From Mobula hypostoma (taxonomy: Eukaryota), in the NCBI RefSeq assembly GCF_963921235.1, contig NC_086097.1, forward strand, positions 240,252,001 through 240,316,000: a stretch of DNA of 64,000 nucleotides, given 5' to 3'. Shown one piece after another: positions 50,358 through 62,469 of this stretch; positions within the stretch are counted from its first letter, which is position 1, and each line of letters opens with the position of its first letter. The notes below the pieces were generated by a model. That model was not told the origin of the DNA. It worked only from the letters and a program-made list of their open reading frames with translations, and made no database searches. Made by a program: the position numbers and the translations under genes.

Positions 50358-50913
50358 CACAAACAAAAGAAAATCTGCAGATGCTGGAAATCCAAGCAAC
50401 ATACACAAAATGCTGGAGGATCTCAGCAGGCCCAGCAGCATCAATGGAAAAAAAAAACACACAGTTGAAGTTTCAGGCCAAAACGCTTTGACAGGGACTG
50501 GAGAAAAAAAGCTGAGGTGTAGATTTGAAAAGTGAGGAGATAGGAGAGAGAAACACCAGGTGATAGGTGAAACTTGGAGGGGGAGGAATAAATCAAAGAG
50601 CTAGTAAGTTGATTGGTAAAAGAGACAGATGGTCATGGAAGAAAGAGAAGAAAAAGGGGGGGAATAGTAGAACATCTTGGAAATAGATATTAATAATTGT
50701 GAAAAACACAAAGAGGCAACGAATGTAGGAATATGTAAGAGGAAAAGCTAACTTTAAGGAGAACACACAGAAAAGCTGGAGGAACTCAGCAGGTCAGGCA
50801 CCACCTATGGATAAAAATAAAGAGTTGATGCTTCAGGCTGAGACTCCTCATGAGGAATATCAGCTGGTTATTCCTCCTCACAGGCGCTGACTGACCTGCT
50901 GATTTTCTCCAGC

Positions 50914-50952
<39 letters not shown>

Positions 50953-50995
50953 GTGTGTTGTTGTGAATTTTCAGCATCTGCAGAATCTCTTGTGC
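50358..50995. mobile_element. Old Penelope-like 3' modules: minus copy 50358-50660 and a small inverted module 50761-50995
   Basis: aaatctgcagatgctggaaatccaagcaac; gctggaggaactcagcagg...cctgctgattttctccagc. Confidence 0.65.
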
Positions 50996-51542
50996 TTCAG
51001 GGGAGATCGGTAAACTGAAAATAAATATTGACAAAGAAATAGAACAATAGTTGGAAAAGTTTAAACATTGATCAGAGTTCCAGAGAAATATAACCCACTT
51101 AAGAATGGCAAGAACAAACAAACCAGTTACGACACACAGTGGGTGAATGAAGAAGTCAATATTGAAAGCAAAGAAAGATGCGCAAGCCAGGTATGCAAAC
51201 AATAACGAGAGGCTGATAAGATTCAGGCAAGGCAATTAGAAAATAAGTCAAAAAACAATTAGGAAAGTAAAGGAAATCTACAGAACTAAATTATAAAGGT
51301 GTATAAAAACACAACAGTGAAGTGAACTGCTGACACATAAATAACAAGAGAAGTGAATCGAGCACTTAACACTAATGATAAACTCACAGATAATAATAGC
51401 AGAATATAAAATAATTATCTTGCTTTGGTATCCTGCAAGCAGACTAATGTGGAGAAGATGACAATAGAGGAATAAGTATAAAGGAATAAATTAATTAACA
51501 AACATACCAAATATTGAAAGGATAAATTCCCTTGGTCTAGAT

Positions 51543-51622
51543 CAGGGTTTCCCAACATGGGGTCCATGGACCCCTCAGTTAATGGTAGGGGTCTATTGCA
51601 TAAGAAATATTTGGAATCCCTG
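51543..51622. mobile_element. 80-bp hAT (Charlie/Buster-type) MITE inside an old CR1
   Basis: CAGGGTTTCCCAA...TTGGAATCCCTG; perfect 8-bp TSD GTCTAGAT. Confidence 0.88.
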
Positions 51623-51689
51623 GTCTAGATGGATTCAGGAGGTAAGTAGCAGAATCGATAGCTCTTCTGCTTCCAAATGGAAGGGTTAG

Positions 51690-52490
51690 GATTTCAAAGG
51701 TACACTTAATGTCAGAGAAATGTATACAATATACATTCTGAAATTCTTTTTTCTTCGCAACCATCCACAAAAACAGAGGAGTGCCCCAAATAATGAATGA
51801 CAGATAATTGTTGGAAGCTCAAAGACCCCACTCCCCCGGCTCCCCCCTCAGACGCATAAGCAGCAGCAAAGCGACGACTCCCCCTCCCATGCCAGAGAAA
51901 AACCATCAGCTGAGCACTCAAGCGTGCAGCAAAGCATCAATGAAGACACCAAAGTACCCCAAAGACTACTCATTTTCCCGGTATTCGACATACCGCAGGC
52001 TCTTTCTCTCCCTAATAAGGGAAAAAGAGGTGTCTCTGTTTCACAGCCAGAGAGCAGACATAAAACAGCTTGCTGATTTATGATGTTAAAATTCCATTAC
52101 GTCACTTTTCCGAGCTCTGTGCCCAAAGAGCTTGGGTCTCTGGGCACACAGCCAGCAGCCAGCTTGCTGCTTTCGATCTTACGCCTCCCACAACACACTG
52201 ATTTCCTGCAGAGGCACCGACCTTAAGACTGCCTGACTCCAGAGCCATAAAATCACGAAACTCCGAAGGCGTGCTGATTTTCTGGACCGCACCCTTGGTA
52301 TATCGAATAGCGGCCAGTCGTGACACTCCTGAGAGTGGGTCCCATCCCAGCAAAGAACCGAAGTCAGCATGTAACTCCAGGTCAGGGTCTTCAAAAGAAC
52401 CCTGAAAGGGAAAAACAGAGATATTAAAGATAGAAATAGAGCTGTTTCTAAAGATACACTCATAGGAGTCGCTGTTAGGCGCCATCGTCT
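51690..52490 (-). mobile_element. Non-autonomous family B, full-length copy
   Basis: Minus strand begins GATGGCGCCTAACAGCGACTCC; colinear with 24606-25360. Confidence 0.75.
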
Positions 52491-52954
52491 CCTGAGCTCC
52501 AGCCCTTTTTAGGGGTTACTCTGATTGGAAAAGAATAGATGAGAATGGGATTCTGCGATGATCAGGTTTGGTTTATTAATGTCACATGTACCAGGATACA
52601 GTGAGAAGCTTGTCCTTCATACTATTCATACAGATCAATTCATTGTACAGAGCACTGAGCTAGCAGAAGGCAAAACGATAACAATGCAGAATAAAGTGTA
52701 AAATCTAACAAAATGCAGTGCACATCAATAATAATTAGTAATTATTAGAGACAGAGTATTTAGATTTAAAGGAGTAGGACAAAAAGAGTAGAAATAATGA
52801 GTGGATCTGCAGACAGCAGCTTGGAATGAATCACTACAAACTTGGTCTTTCCCTACACCATCTTGGCCTTTCTGCTGTTTACCAATTAAATCATCATCTT
52901 CACCATTGTGTGCCATGTTCTATGACATGGACGATCATGGTTTTGACCATGATT

Positions 52955-53773
52955 TGTCATAGGATGGGTGCTGGGGATGTACCCAAGTGCAAGACACAGA
53001 CACTGAAGTACTAGGGACAGGACTAGGGTACAGGGTGAGGGCTAGGACATGGACACGAAAACTGGGAACGGGGAACGGGGAACAGGACTGGACAAGAGAG
53101 CTAGGAGCCCGGGCTTGGACTCCGAGCCAGAGACTGGACAAGGACCCAGTACCTGGGTCCTGCCTCTGGCTCGGACCCCAGAACTAGGCAAGGACGTGAC
53201 TTGGCTGGCAGGCAGGACGAGGCTGGAGACCCGGGGCGCGGCTTGATACTAGAGGCTTGAGGCTTGGGGTCTTGAAGTTTGGCTTGGCTTGGCTTGGGGC
53301 AAGGCTCGAGGCTTGAGGTTTTGAAGCTCCTCCTGTGCAGGGCGCGGAACTCCTGGGCAGGGCGTGGATCTCCACCCAACAGAGGCAAGGGGCAGGAAGG
53401 GACAGAACCAACCATAGGGTAACAGCAAGATGGCCTGGCTTACCCGACGGAGGCAAGGGACAGGAAGGGAGCTAGGTACAGGGTCACTCCAAGACAAGAC
53501 TTCAGGCCTGGCAAGGGTTACCAGCAAGACAAGGCAAGGCTTCAGGCGAGGAAACAGAAGGCAGGGGAAGGGATACAAGGAGTAAGGACAAGAACAATCC
53601 GGCAGCCACGCCCTGGTCTCTGGAGGTATTTATGCAGCTGGCCCCAACGAGCATCAGCTGCCTCAATTAGTGCTCAACAGGAACAGAAACAGGGTAGACG
53701 GGAAAACCTGGAGCAATGATCGATGGACCGGACCGTGAACCGGAATGCGGACTTCACGGACCGGACCATGACA
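52955..53773 (-). mobile_element. Solo LTR-like element, 819 bp, inserted in an RTE-related element
   Basis: TGTCAT...ATGACA termini; 5-bp TSD TGATT/TAATT; host resumes exactly; minus-strand ATAAATA at ~53627-53633. Confidence 0.8.
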
Positions 53774-54075
53774 TAATTGTTCTTGGCAAATTTTTCTGCA
53801 GAAGTGGTTTGCCATTGGGCAGGGTCTTTACAAGATGGGTGACCCCAGCCATTATCAATACTCTTCAGAGGTTGTCTGCCTGGAGTCAGTGGTCACGTTA
53901 CCAGGAATTACCAACAGCACCAGCTGTTCATACAACCATCCACCACCTGCTCCCATGGCTTCAACTGACCCTGATGGGGTGTCTAAACAGGTGCTACACC
54001 TTGCCCAAGGGTGATTTGCAGAAGGAAGGAGTGCCTTACACCTCCTTTGGTAGCGACTTGTCTCCACCCCACCAC
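53774..54075 (-). mobile_element. RTE-related non-autonomous element (remainder at ~52895-52954)
   Basis: gttcttggcaaatttttctgcagaagtggtttgccatt. Confidence 0.75.
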
Positions 54076-54599
54076 TCAATTAATTAAATACAACTTGGAA
54101 AATGACAGCGCAATTTCAAAATCTGTTGGCAACATAAATGAGGTTTATAATGCCTTTCAATGGAGGGAAGTAAGAGGTTTATTAAATGGACAATTAATAA
54201 CCAGTTTATACTTTTCATGGCATATAACAGAATACATCAACCCGCAGAAATGTAACAACAGAGAGGATAACTGCAGGAAGCAGGAAGACAATACCAAAAT
54301 TTCAGAATGGGCATGGAATTGGTTTATAAACTCCAAAGCAGATTATTGAGAGTGGAGTGGTATACTCTGGTGGGAGGATTAGGAGACTAGAGGCTTTCTG
54401 GGAAACATGTCTTCATTTGCTTAAGGAGTAAATGCACAGGTCAATAAAAGTAACGATTAGTATGAAGAAAGAATCTTTGCGCTCGAGTTCACTCTGAAGG
54501 GGAGAATGAGAAAAACAAAATAATGTTAAACATATACTCAACTTTTGTATGGATGGTTGGTTATTTATTTATCTATCTATCTATCTATCTATCTATTTA

Positions 54600-54905
54600 T
54601 TTATGTAACTATTTATTTATTTATCTATCTATTTATTGATTTAGTGCGTTAGGCCCTTCTGCTCTTTGAGCTATGCAGCCCCACCACCCACTACACCTCA
54701 ATTGAACCCTAACCTAATCAGGGGACAAATTACAATGAACTTACCCGGTACATCTTTGGATTGTGGGAAGAAACCGGAGCACCTGGAGAAAACCCACACA
54801 TCTCACAGGAAGGACGTACAGAGTCTCCTTACAGAAGATATCAGAAATCAACTCCATAGTCATGTGTCCCCAGTTGTGAAAACACAATGCTACTGTGGCG
54901 CTACA
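54600..54905 (-). mobile_element. V-SINE with (ATCT/TTTA)n tail
   Basis: gtgggaagaaaccggagcacctggagaaaacccac. Confidence 0.75.
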
Positions 54906-55047
54906 TTGCAATGATGTAAATGATCCATGTTATAGGATAGATTTAAACGCATTGAAGTTGATGAAAAAAATTATTTGTTTCTATGAAACCTGAACCTGAA
55001 AAAATTGAACAGAAAAGCTGAGGTTTAGAGTTAATCTCCAGTAATGG

Positions 55048-55728
55048 CAAACGCAAGAGATTCTGCAGAACAACACACACAAAATGCTGCAGGAAGTCTG
55101 AAGGAAGTCCGCAGGCCAGGCAGCTATCTATGGAGAGGAATAAACGGATGATGCTTCAGGCCAAGACCCTTCATCTGTAATGGGAACTTACCAGTTATTA
55201 TCAGGACTTCATCAAGACAGTCCTGACGAAGGGTCTCGGCCTGAAACGTCAACTGTACCTCCTCCTAGAGATGATGCCTGGCCTGCTGCGTTCACCAGCA
55301 ACTTTGATGTGTGTTGCAATCATTGGATGATCTCAGCAGCACAGGTAATATTTATGGAGGAAAATCCATGGATGCAGCCTGGCTCATTGAATTTCTCCAG
55401 CATTTTGTTTATGGCTCTAGATTTCAACATCTGTATGCTCTTCTATCTCCAAGATATTGGAGAAGCCAGAATAAAGTTTTAAGTCTCTCCTTCCCCTCCT
55501 CTTACCTCCTTATTTTAGCATTTTCACCCTTTCCTTCAAGCCCTGATGAAGGCTCTCGGCCTGAAAGGTCAACTCCTTATTAACTTCCATAAATCATACC
55601 GGATCTGCTGAGTTCCGTCAGCATTTTGTGTGTGTTGCCTCAGATTTCCAGCATCTGTAGACCTTTGCGTGTTCAAGGTTCAAAGTTCAAAGTTCATGTA
55701 TTATCAAAGTATGGAACAATAATACAAC

Positions 55729-55785
<57 letters not shown>

Positions 55786-55990
55786 CACACACCTATCACT
55801 TGCCAGCTTGTTATCCTTCTCCCCCACTTGGCTTCTTCCCCTTTTCCTTGCAGTCCTGATCCTGATAAAGGATTTTGACCCAAAACGTCAGCTGTTCATT
55901 ACCCTCCATAAATGATGTCTGATCTGCTGATTTCCTCCAGCAAATTGTATGCATCACTCTGTATTTCCAGCATCTGCAGAATCTCTTGTG
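55048..55990. mobile_element. Cluster of Penelope-like 3' modules with four hammerhead-like motifs
   Basis: Motifs at ~55145-55178 (-), 55218-55255 (+), 55538-55575 (+) and 55851-55894 (+). Confidence 0.75.
55218..55255 (+). ncRNA. Type I minimal hammerhead motif, intact core with one helix I mismatch
   Basis: CAGTC-CTGACGA-AGGGTCTCGGCCT-GAAA-CG-TC/AACTG. Confidence 0.7.
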
Positions 55991-56274
55991 ATCGACAACT
56001 ACATGTCCTTTTGTTGCTGATCAGGAAGCAGATATTCTGAACAATCTTCCTCTAATTCAGTAAAGTCATATGCTATACAACATAACTGTTGACTAACTCA
56101 GCAACTGACTACAACTGGAGTCAATGTCGAATGAGAAACTCACTCAGGGTAGTTAAAACAAATATCATATATTACAGGCAGAACAAGCGGAAGGAATACA
56201 AAGGAAATACTGAGATACAGTGATAAATTTAGGTAAAGAGATTTTAAAGGGATTGTTAAAGAGGGGTTAAAGAG

Positions 56275-56595
56275 ATTAGCTTTATTTGCCACATGCACAT
56301 CAAAACATCAAAACACATAGTGAAATGCTTCACTTGCGTTAACGATCAACACATTCCAAAGATGTGTTGGGGGCAGCCTGCAAGTGTTGCCACGCTTCTG
56401 GTGCCAACAAAGCACACCCACATCTTACCAACTTTAACCCATACTTCTTTGGAATGTGGGAGGAAACTGGAGCATCCGGAGGAATCCCACACAGTCATGG
56501 GGAGAACATACAAACTCCTCACTGACAGCAGTGAATTTGACTCTGGATCACAGCTGCTGTACAGCAGAACACCTCCTGCTATGCTACTGTACCAT
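56275..56595 (-). mobile_element. V-SINE with (G/C)CAAATAAAGCTAATCT-type tail
   Basis: gtgggaggaaactggagcatccggaggaatcccac...ggggagaacatacaaactcc. Confidence 0.8.
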
Positions 56596-56654
56596 CTTTG
56601 CATGGAAGGAGAGGAGGAGAAACAATTGCAGTACTAATTTCAACACTAGTTTAA

Positions 56655-57858
56655 GATAATGATGAGTTTGAATACAGAGAGGAAATTAAGAACCTGGTGG
56701 CATGGTGCGAAGACAATAACCTATCCCTCAATGTCAGCAAGACGAAGGAAATGGTTGTTGACTTCAGAAGGAGTAGCGAACTGCATGACCCCATTTACAA
56801 CGGTGGTGCGCAAGTGGAACAGATCAAAAGCTTTAAGTTCCTCGGGGTCAATATCACAAGTGACCTGACTTGATCCAACCAAGCAGAGTTCACTGCCAAG
56901 AAGGCCCACCAGCGCCTTCACTTCCTGAGAAAGCTAAAGAAATTTGGCCTGTCCCCTAAAACCCTCACTAATTTTTATAGATGCACCGTAGAAAGTATTC
57001 TTCTAGGGTGAATCACAACCTGGTATGGAAGCTGTCCTGTCCAAGACCGGAAAAAGCTGCAGAAGATCGTGAACACAGCGCAGCACATCACACAAACTAA
57101 TCTTCTGTCCTTGGACTCAGTTAACACCGCACGCTGTCGGAGCAGTGCTGCCAGGATAATCAAGGACACAACCCACCCAGCCAACACACTTTTCATCCCT
57201 CTTCCCTCCGGGAGAAGGCTCAGGAGCTTGAAGACTCATATGGCCAGATTTGGGAACAGCTTCTTTCCAACTGTGATAAGACTGCTGAACGGATCCTGAC
57301 CTGGATCTGGGCCGTACCCTCCGAATATCTGGACCTGCCGCTCATTTTTTTTGCACTACCTTATTTTCCCTTTTCATAGTCATAGTCATAGTCATACTTT
57401 ATTGGTCCTGGGAGAAATTGGTTTTCGTTACAGTTGCACCATAAATAATTAAATAGTAATAAAACCATAAATAGTTAAATAGTAATATGTAAATTATGCC
57501 GGGAAATAAGTCCAGACCAGCCTATTGGCTCAGGATGTCTGACCCTCCAAGGGAGGAGTTGTAAAATTTGATGGCCACAGGCAGGAATGACTTCCTATGA
57601 TGCTCTGTGTTGCATCTCGGTGGAATGAGTCTCTGGCTGAATGTACTCCTGTGCCCATCCGGTACATTATGTAGTGGATGGGAGACATTGTCCAAGATGG
57701 CTTGCAACTTTCTATTTTTTATTTATGATTTATAATTTAAATTTTTTTATATTTACTATCGATTTGTACTCCAGGGAGCGTGAGCGCAGAATTAAATATC
57801 ACTGTGATGATTGTACACTCTAATATCAATTGTTTGGTGACAATAAAGTAAAGTAAAG
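56655..57858 (+). mobile_element. Rex1/Babar RT-3' fragment with a nested minus-strand Rex1 3' end (57375-57706)
   Basis: IIKDTTHPANTLFIPLPSGRRLRSL; nested ILDNVSHPLH...RKSFLPVAIKFYN with (ACTATG)n tail. Confidence 0.88.
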
Positions 57859-57884
57859 ATGTGCTATTTTGTCATTTATGTTAA

Positions 57885-58270
57885 GAGCCCATCCATTCCA
57901 CAATCTTTTTGACCACCTACAATCAGTCAGGAGGTATCGTAGCATTAGGATAAGGACTGTTAGGATGGGAAACAGCTTCTTCCCCCCTGGCCTTAAGACT
58001 ACTGACCTCCCTGCCACCACCCAGGTCGCAACATTTATGAAGCACCATTAGCGTTATATTGCCTACTTTTTGAGTTGTGTCGTAAGTGCACCTTATGCTA
58101 AATGTCAACCTTCTGGAATATGTTTTAATATTTGTTAATTTACTTGTGGTAATATTACTTTGTGTGTGTACGTTGTGCGTGAGCTATACGGATTGTGTTG
58201 TGCACTTTGGTCTGGAGGAATGTTGTTTCATTGTATGCAGTTGATTGGCAATGAACATGAGTTTGAAGAT
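57885..58270 (+). mobile_element. Rex1/Babar 3' end
   Basis: HPFHNLFDHLQSVRRYRSIRIRTVRMGNSFFP. Confidence 0.75.
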
Positions 58271-59899
58271 TCTGTATTGTGTGTAATCTGCAAAACGAAA
58301 ACCAGTAAAATTGAATAAACAGCAGCGTAATCATGTTCATTGTTTCCCAATCCTTGTGCACTATTTTGACAGGAAGTTCTTCATTATGTACAGCCAGCCA
58401 CACATTCAAATAGGTATTCATCCCTTGGAGCACTTAGTGGTTTGAAAATATAGCTCAAATGAGACCACTCAGCAGAGCAGTAAAGTGGAGCGGATCTGTT
58501 TCAGAAGATAATACCACTCCACAGGTTCTTGTATTGATTTTTTTTGGCTAAATTTTCACTTTAATATTTACAGTTCCCAACACACAATGCACCGTGTAAT
58601 CTAATGAAACTTTGATTTGGTCAAGTTTTCTAGCAATAGCGCATCTGGGTTTGATTTCAAGTAAATAATTGAAACTACAGCCTGTAATTTCCTTTATCTT
58701 AGAAAGTCTTCCTGTGGTATTTGCAAAGCATATAAAGATACTCAATTATCCTTTACCCAAATTAATTTATTGTGTTCAGGACCAAATTGTGCTCCATAAC
58801 ATATTGATTTCCTTTGAAGTTTATATATTAAAGTACATCTTTGAAAGAAAAATGTGGGATAGTTAATCTTAAGTCTGGAGCCGAGTGGAACAAATGGTGT
58901 TAATTTAGTTTGCCACCAAGATCAAATCAGCTATATATTGTCGTCAAAAGCTGTGACTCACTCTGGAAGATATAAAAAAGTGAATCAGAAAGATCTTAAA
59001 AGCTTGTCTGAAGTGCAATATAGGTAAAAGAAACAGTATAATGAAACTTACACAATATGTTCAATCTTTCATTCATATTGGTTGAATTTGAATTCCTTAG
59101 ACATTACACAATAGAGAGTCTATGATGCATATTCCTTTACGTGCTAACATTATTACATTTTAAATATTTAGAAGTGTTCTTCATACTGGCTACTACATTC
59201 AAATCCATTATTTCTTTGGGAAAATAAATGTAATCTTTTTTGTTCTGAAAAGTGGTAAAATTGCAAGAAATGTTTTTCTTTCTCTCCCCGAGCATTCAGT
59301 GTACACTGCCATCTCATGGTAATGTTCTCTCCAATCACAACTTCCCATAAAGAAATGACAATCTCCTTGCATGCTGTTGAAAATTTTGCTTGGAAACTCA
59401 TAAATCTTGTTAACTCAATATATGAACCATATGTTTTAAGTTCATATATCAAAATCAAACATTTGATTCCCTTATTTTTTTAAATAAAGCTAGGTCTGTA
59501 AAATAACATCTGCAAAACTATAATTCTTGAAGAATAAAGATTTCAAACTAAGTTTTTTTTTACTTTACACAGAGACTGGTCTAAGAGAGTGGAGTGGTCT
59601 AAATCTTACAGGGGGAATGTGCTGCCGGGGGTAGTGTTTGATGCACATACATCAGGGAAATTTAAAAACTCTTAGACAGGCATATGAATGATAGTAAACC
59701 GTAGGGCTCTGTAGTCAGATTGATCTTAAAGTGGGTTTAAAAAGTTGGTACAACATCCTAAGCCAAAAGGCCTGTATTGTGCTGTAATGTTCTATGTTCT
59801 ATATGTCAGTAACAACAAATATGTGAGTGTTACAGGAGCACCAGTAAAAGCACGCTTACAGCTACATCTCCATCTGATAAGGGAGCAGCAGAGTCACAG

Positions 59900-60370
59900 A
59901 CCAAAGTCCCTACAACAGACCGTGAGAATGGCCGAGAGAATTATAGGGGTCTCCTTACCATCCATTGGGAACATTTATCAGGAGCACTGGTCCACGGGGC
60001 CCCGAGTATTAGTAAGGGTCCTATCCACTCATCCAGCATTCTCTTTGACTTTCTGCCATCAGGCAGAAGACTCTGATGCATAAAGACAGAAACAGTCAGG
60101 ATGGCAAACAGCTTCTTCCCTCAGTCCGTTAGGCTTCTGAACTCTCAGCCGCATTGCGTTTGAAGTGTTACCAGCTAATTTTTTCTGTACCCTGTAATAT
60201 TTGTTTTATGCACTTCACTTTGATTATTTATGTGTAATTTATTTGTAGATTTAATTCTTACCTTCCTAAGTTATTGCATGTTGTATGTGCTTTATGCCCT
60301 GGTCTAGAGAAACAACTCAGTTGATGGTTTACATGCATATAGTAAAAACTTGACTTGATTCTGATTCTAA
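59900..60370 (+). mobile_element. Rex1/Babar 3' end
   Basis: KSLQQTVRMAERIIGVSLPSI; acagcttcttccctcag. Confidence 0.75.
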
Positions 60371-61052
60371 GTCTAAAAATGGCTCTTGCTGAAAGCCTTT
60401 CCGTATCCCTCCTTCCCTTTCTAGTGGCTGCACCTCAATGTTCTACCCTTTGCTCAATCTTGCTGTCGTGCTATTATTGACTTTGACTTTGATTCCAGGT
60501 GATTGCACACTCGTGCATTCACGTCTGAGGGCCCCTGGATGGTACAGAAGCTTAGCAATTAATTTAATGTCCTTCAGCTGCCGGCATGTCACACGCTGCA
60601 GACTTCTGTGAATTTAACCTAACTCTGGAAGGCACCAAAGTCTTGCAGGATCATAGCAACAGGAATTAAACAAATCTTGACTTGGTAATCACCTTAAGTG
60701 GTATTGGTAGAGATCTGTCTTTCTGTTTGTTACACTTAAGGCTGTGTAAGGTTAAGAGAGGTAATTAATTATGAGATAGTTTTTCTTTTACTTCATAAAT
60801 GGACTGTATTCATACAAAGTTTATACAAGAACTACAAAACAGTACACGCTTTCCTTGCATACATAGTGAGTACATCCTGTATATTCATACGGTGTGGGGG
60901 GGGTTGTAGGGAGGGGTAGTTGGAGGTGAGTTGTGCTCCTTGAAAACCATCTGTATCTCACTTACATAATGCAAAAATGCAGCTTCTGTGCATGTGTCAA
61001 GAAAAGCGTGTTGGAATCTACAAATATTGTATTACCTATTTACTTTTTTCAC

Positions 61053-61300
61053 ATAAGATCATAAGACAAAGGAGCAGAAGTCGGCCATTTGGCCCATCGA
61101 GTCTGCTCCGCTATCTTATCATGAGCTGATCCATTCTCCCATTTAGTCTCACTCCCCTGCCTTCTCACCATAACCTTTGATGCCCTGGCTACTCAGATAC
61201 CTATCAATCTCTGCATTAAATACACTCAATGACTTGGCCTCCACTGCTGCCCGTGGAAACAAATTCCATAGATTCACCACCCTCTGGCTAAAAAAAATTG
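61053..61300 (-). mobile_element. CR1 3' end
   Basis: Reverse-complement match to 19340-19582. Confidence 0.85.
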
Positions 61301-61430
61301 TTTCATGAGAGACAATTTTAGTCTGAATCTCTAATTTTTAGGTAGCAATTTGTGAATTCTGTAAGGGCAAAGTTCTATTTCCCCAATGAACATAAAAGTT
61401 TCAAATACAGAAAAAAATATTGCTCCAATG

Positions 61431-61511
61431 CAGGGGTTCTGAATCTATTTTTATGCCATGGAACCTCACCATTAACCAAGAGGTCCATGGATCCCAGGTT
61501 GGGAATTCCTG
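61431..61511. mobile_element. 81-bp hAT-type MITE
   Basis: CAGGGGTTC...GAATTCCTG; TSD CTCCAATG/CTGGAATG (6/8). Confidence 0.7.
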
Positions 61512-61613
61512 CTGGAATGGAATTAAATACATAAACACAAAATTTATTATTTTTCTACTTGCATTTCAAAGTTGCATGCACAGATGATGAGCATTTGTGT
61601 TTTGGAAAACCGC

Positions 61614-62110
61614 AATAAGACCATAAGACAGGAACAGAATTAGGCCATTCGGCCAATCAAGGCTACTCCGCCTTGCGATCATGGCTAATTCATTGTCCAT
61701 TCTCTTGCCTCCTCCCCATAACCTTTGACACCTTTACTAATCAAAAACCTATCAACCTTCACTTTAAATATACTCAATGACTTGGCCTCCCAACCGTCTA
61801 TGGCAACGAATTCCACAGATTTACCAACTTCTGGCTTCTGGCTAAAGGTATTTCTCATCTCTGTTCTAAAGGAACACCCTTTTATTTAGAGGCTATTCCC
61901 TCTGGTCCTAGACTCTCACACTTTTGGAAACACCATCTCCACACTGACTCTGTCTATACTTTTCAATACTTGATAGGATTCAGTAAGATTCCCCCTCATT
62001 CTTTTAAACTCCAGAGAGCACAGGCCCAGAGCCATCAAACACTCCTCATATGTTAACCCTCTCATTCCCAGGATCATTCTCTTTAATCTCCTCTGGCACC
62101 TTTCCAATCC
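61614..62110 (-). mobile_element. CR1 3' fragment
   Basis: LERCQRR...GLTYEECL.ALGLCSLEFKRMRG. Confidence 0.85.
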
Positions 62111-62469
62111 CAGCCCAGCCTTTCTTAGGTATATGTCCCAAAATGTCGATGGAATGCAGCACCCAGTCATTGCACTGGATATGTTGGAAGATTAAGAGGC
62201 ATAAGAAATGTTTAGTATGTACTTGGAGTGAATGGGGACTTATTTCCCCACTCACAACATTATAAAATTAGAAGGAGACAATTGTAACAAAGAGAAAAAA
62301 AACTATTTATGAGTGGCAGAAAACTGGTCTTTTGATAAAAAATAATTTAAGAGAGAGGAGGCAACTCATAGGTCCATGTGAGATATTTAAAAAGTAGCAT
62401 TTGCAGGCTTTCGTCTTTTTCTGGTGGCCCACTCGAATCGCAATTCATTAACAAGGGGAAATAAAAGTA

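Noticed and set aside
59168..59458. 96-aa minus ORF in AT-rich unique DNA
   Set aside because: No recognisable homology; consistent with a chance ORF
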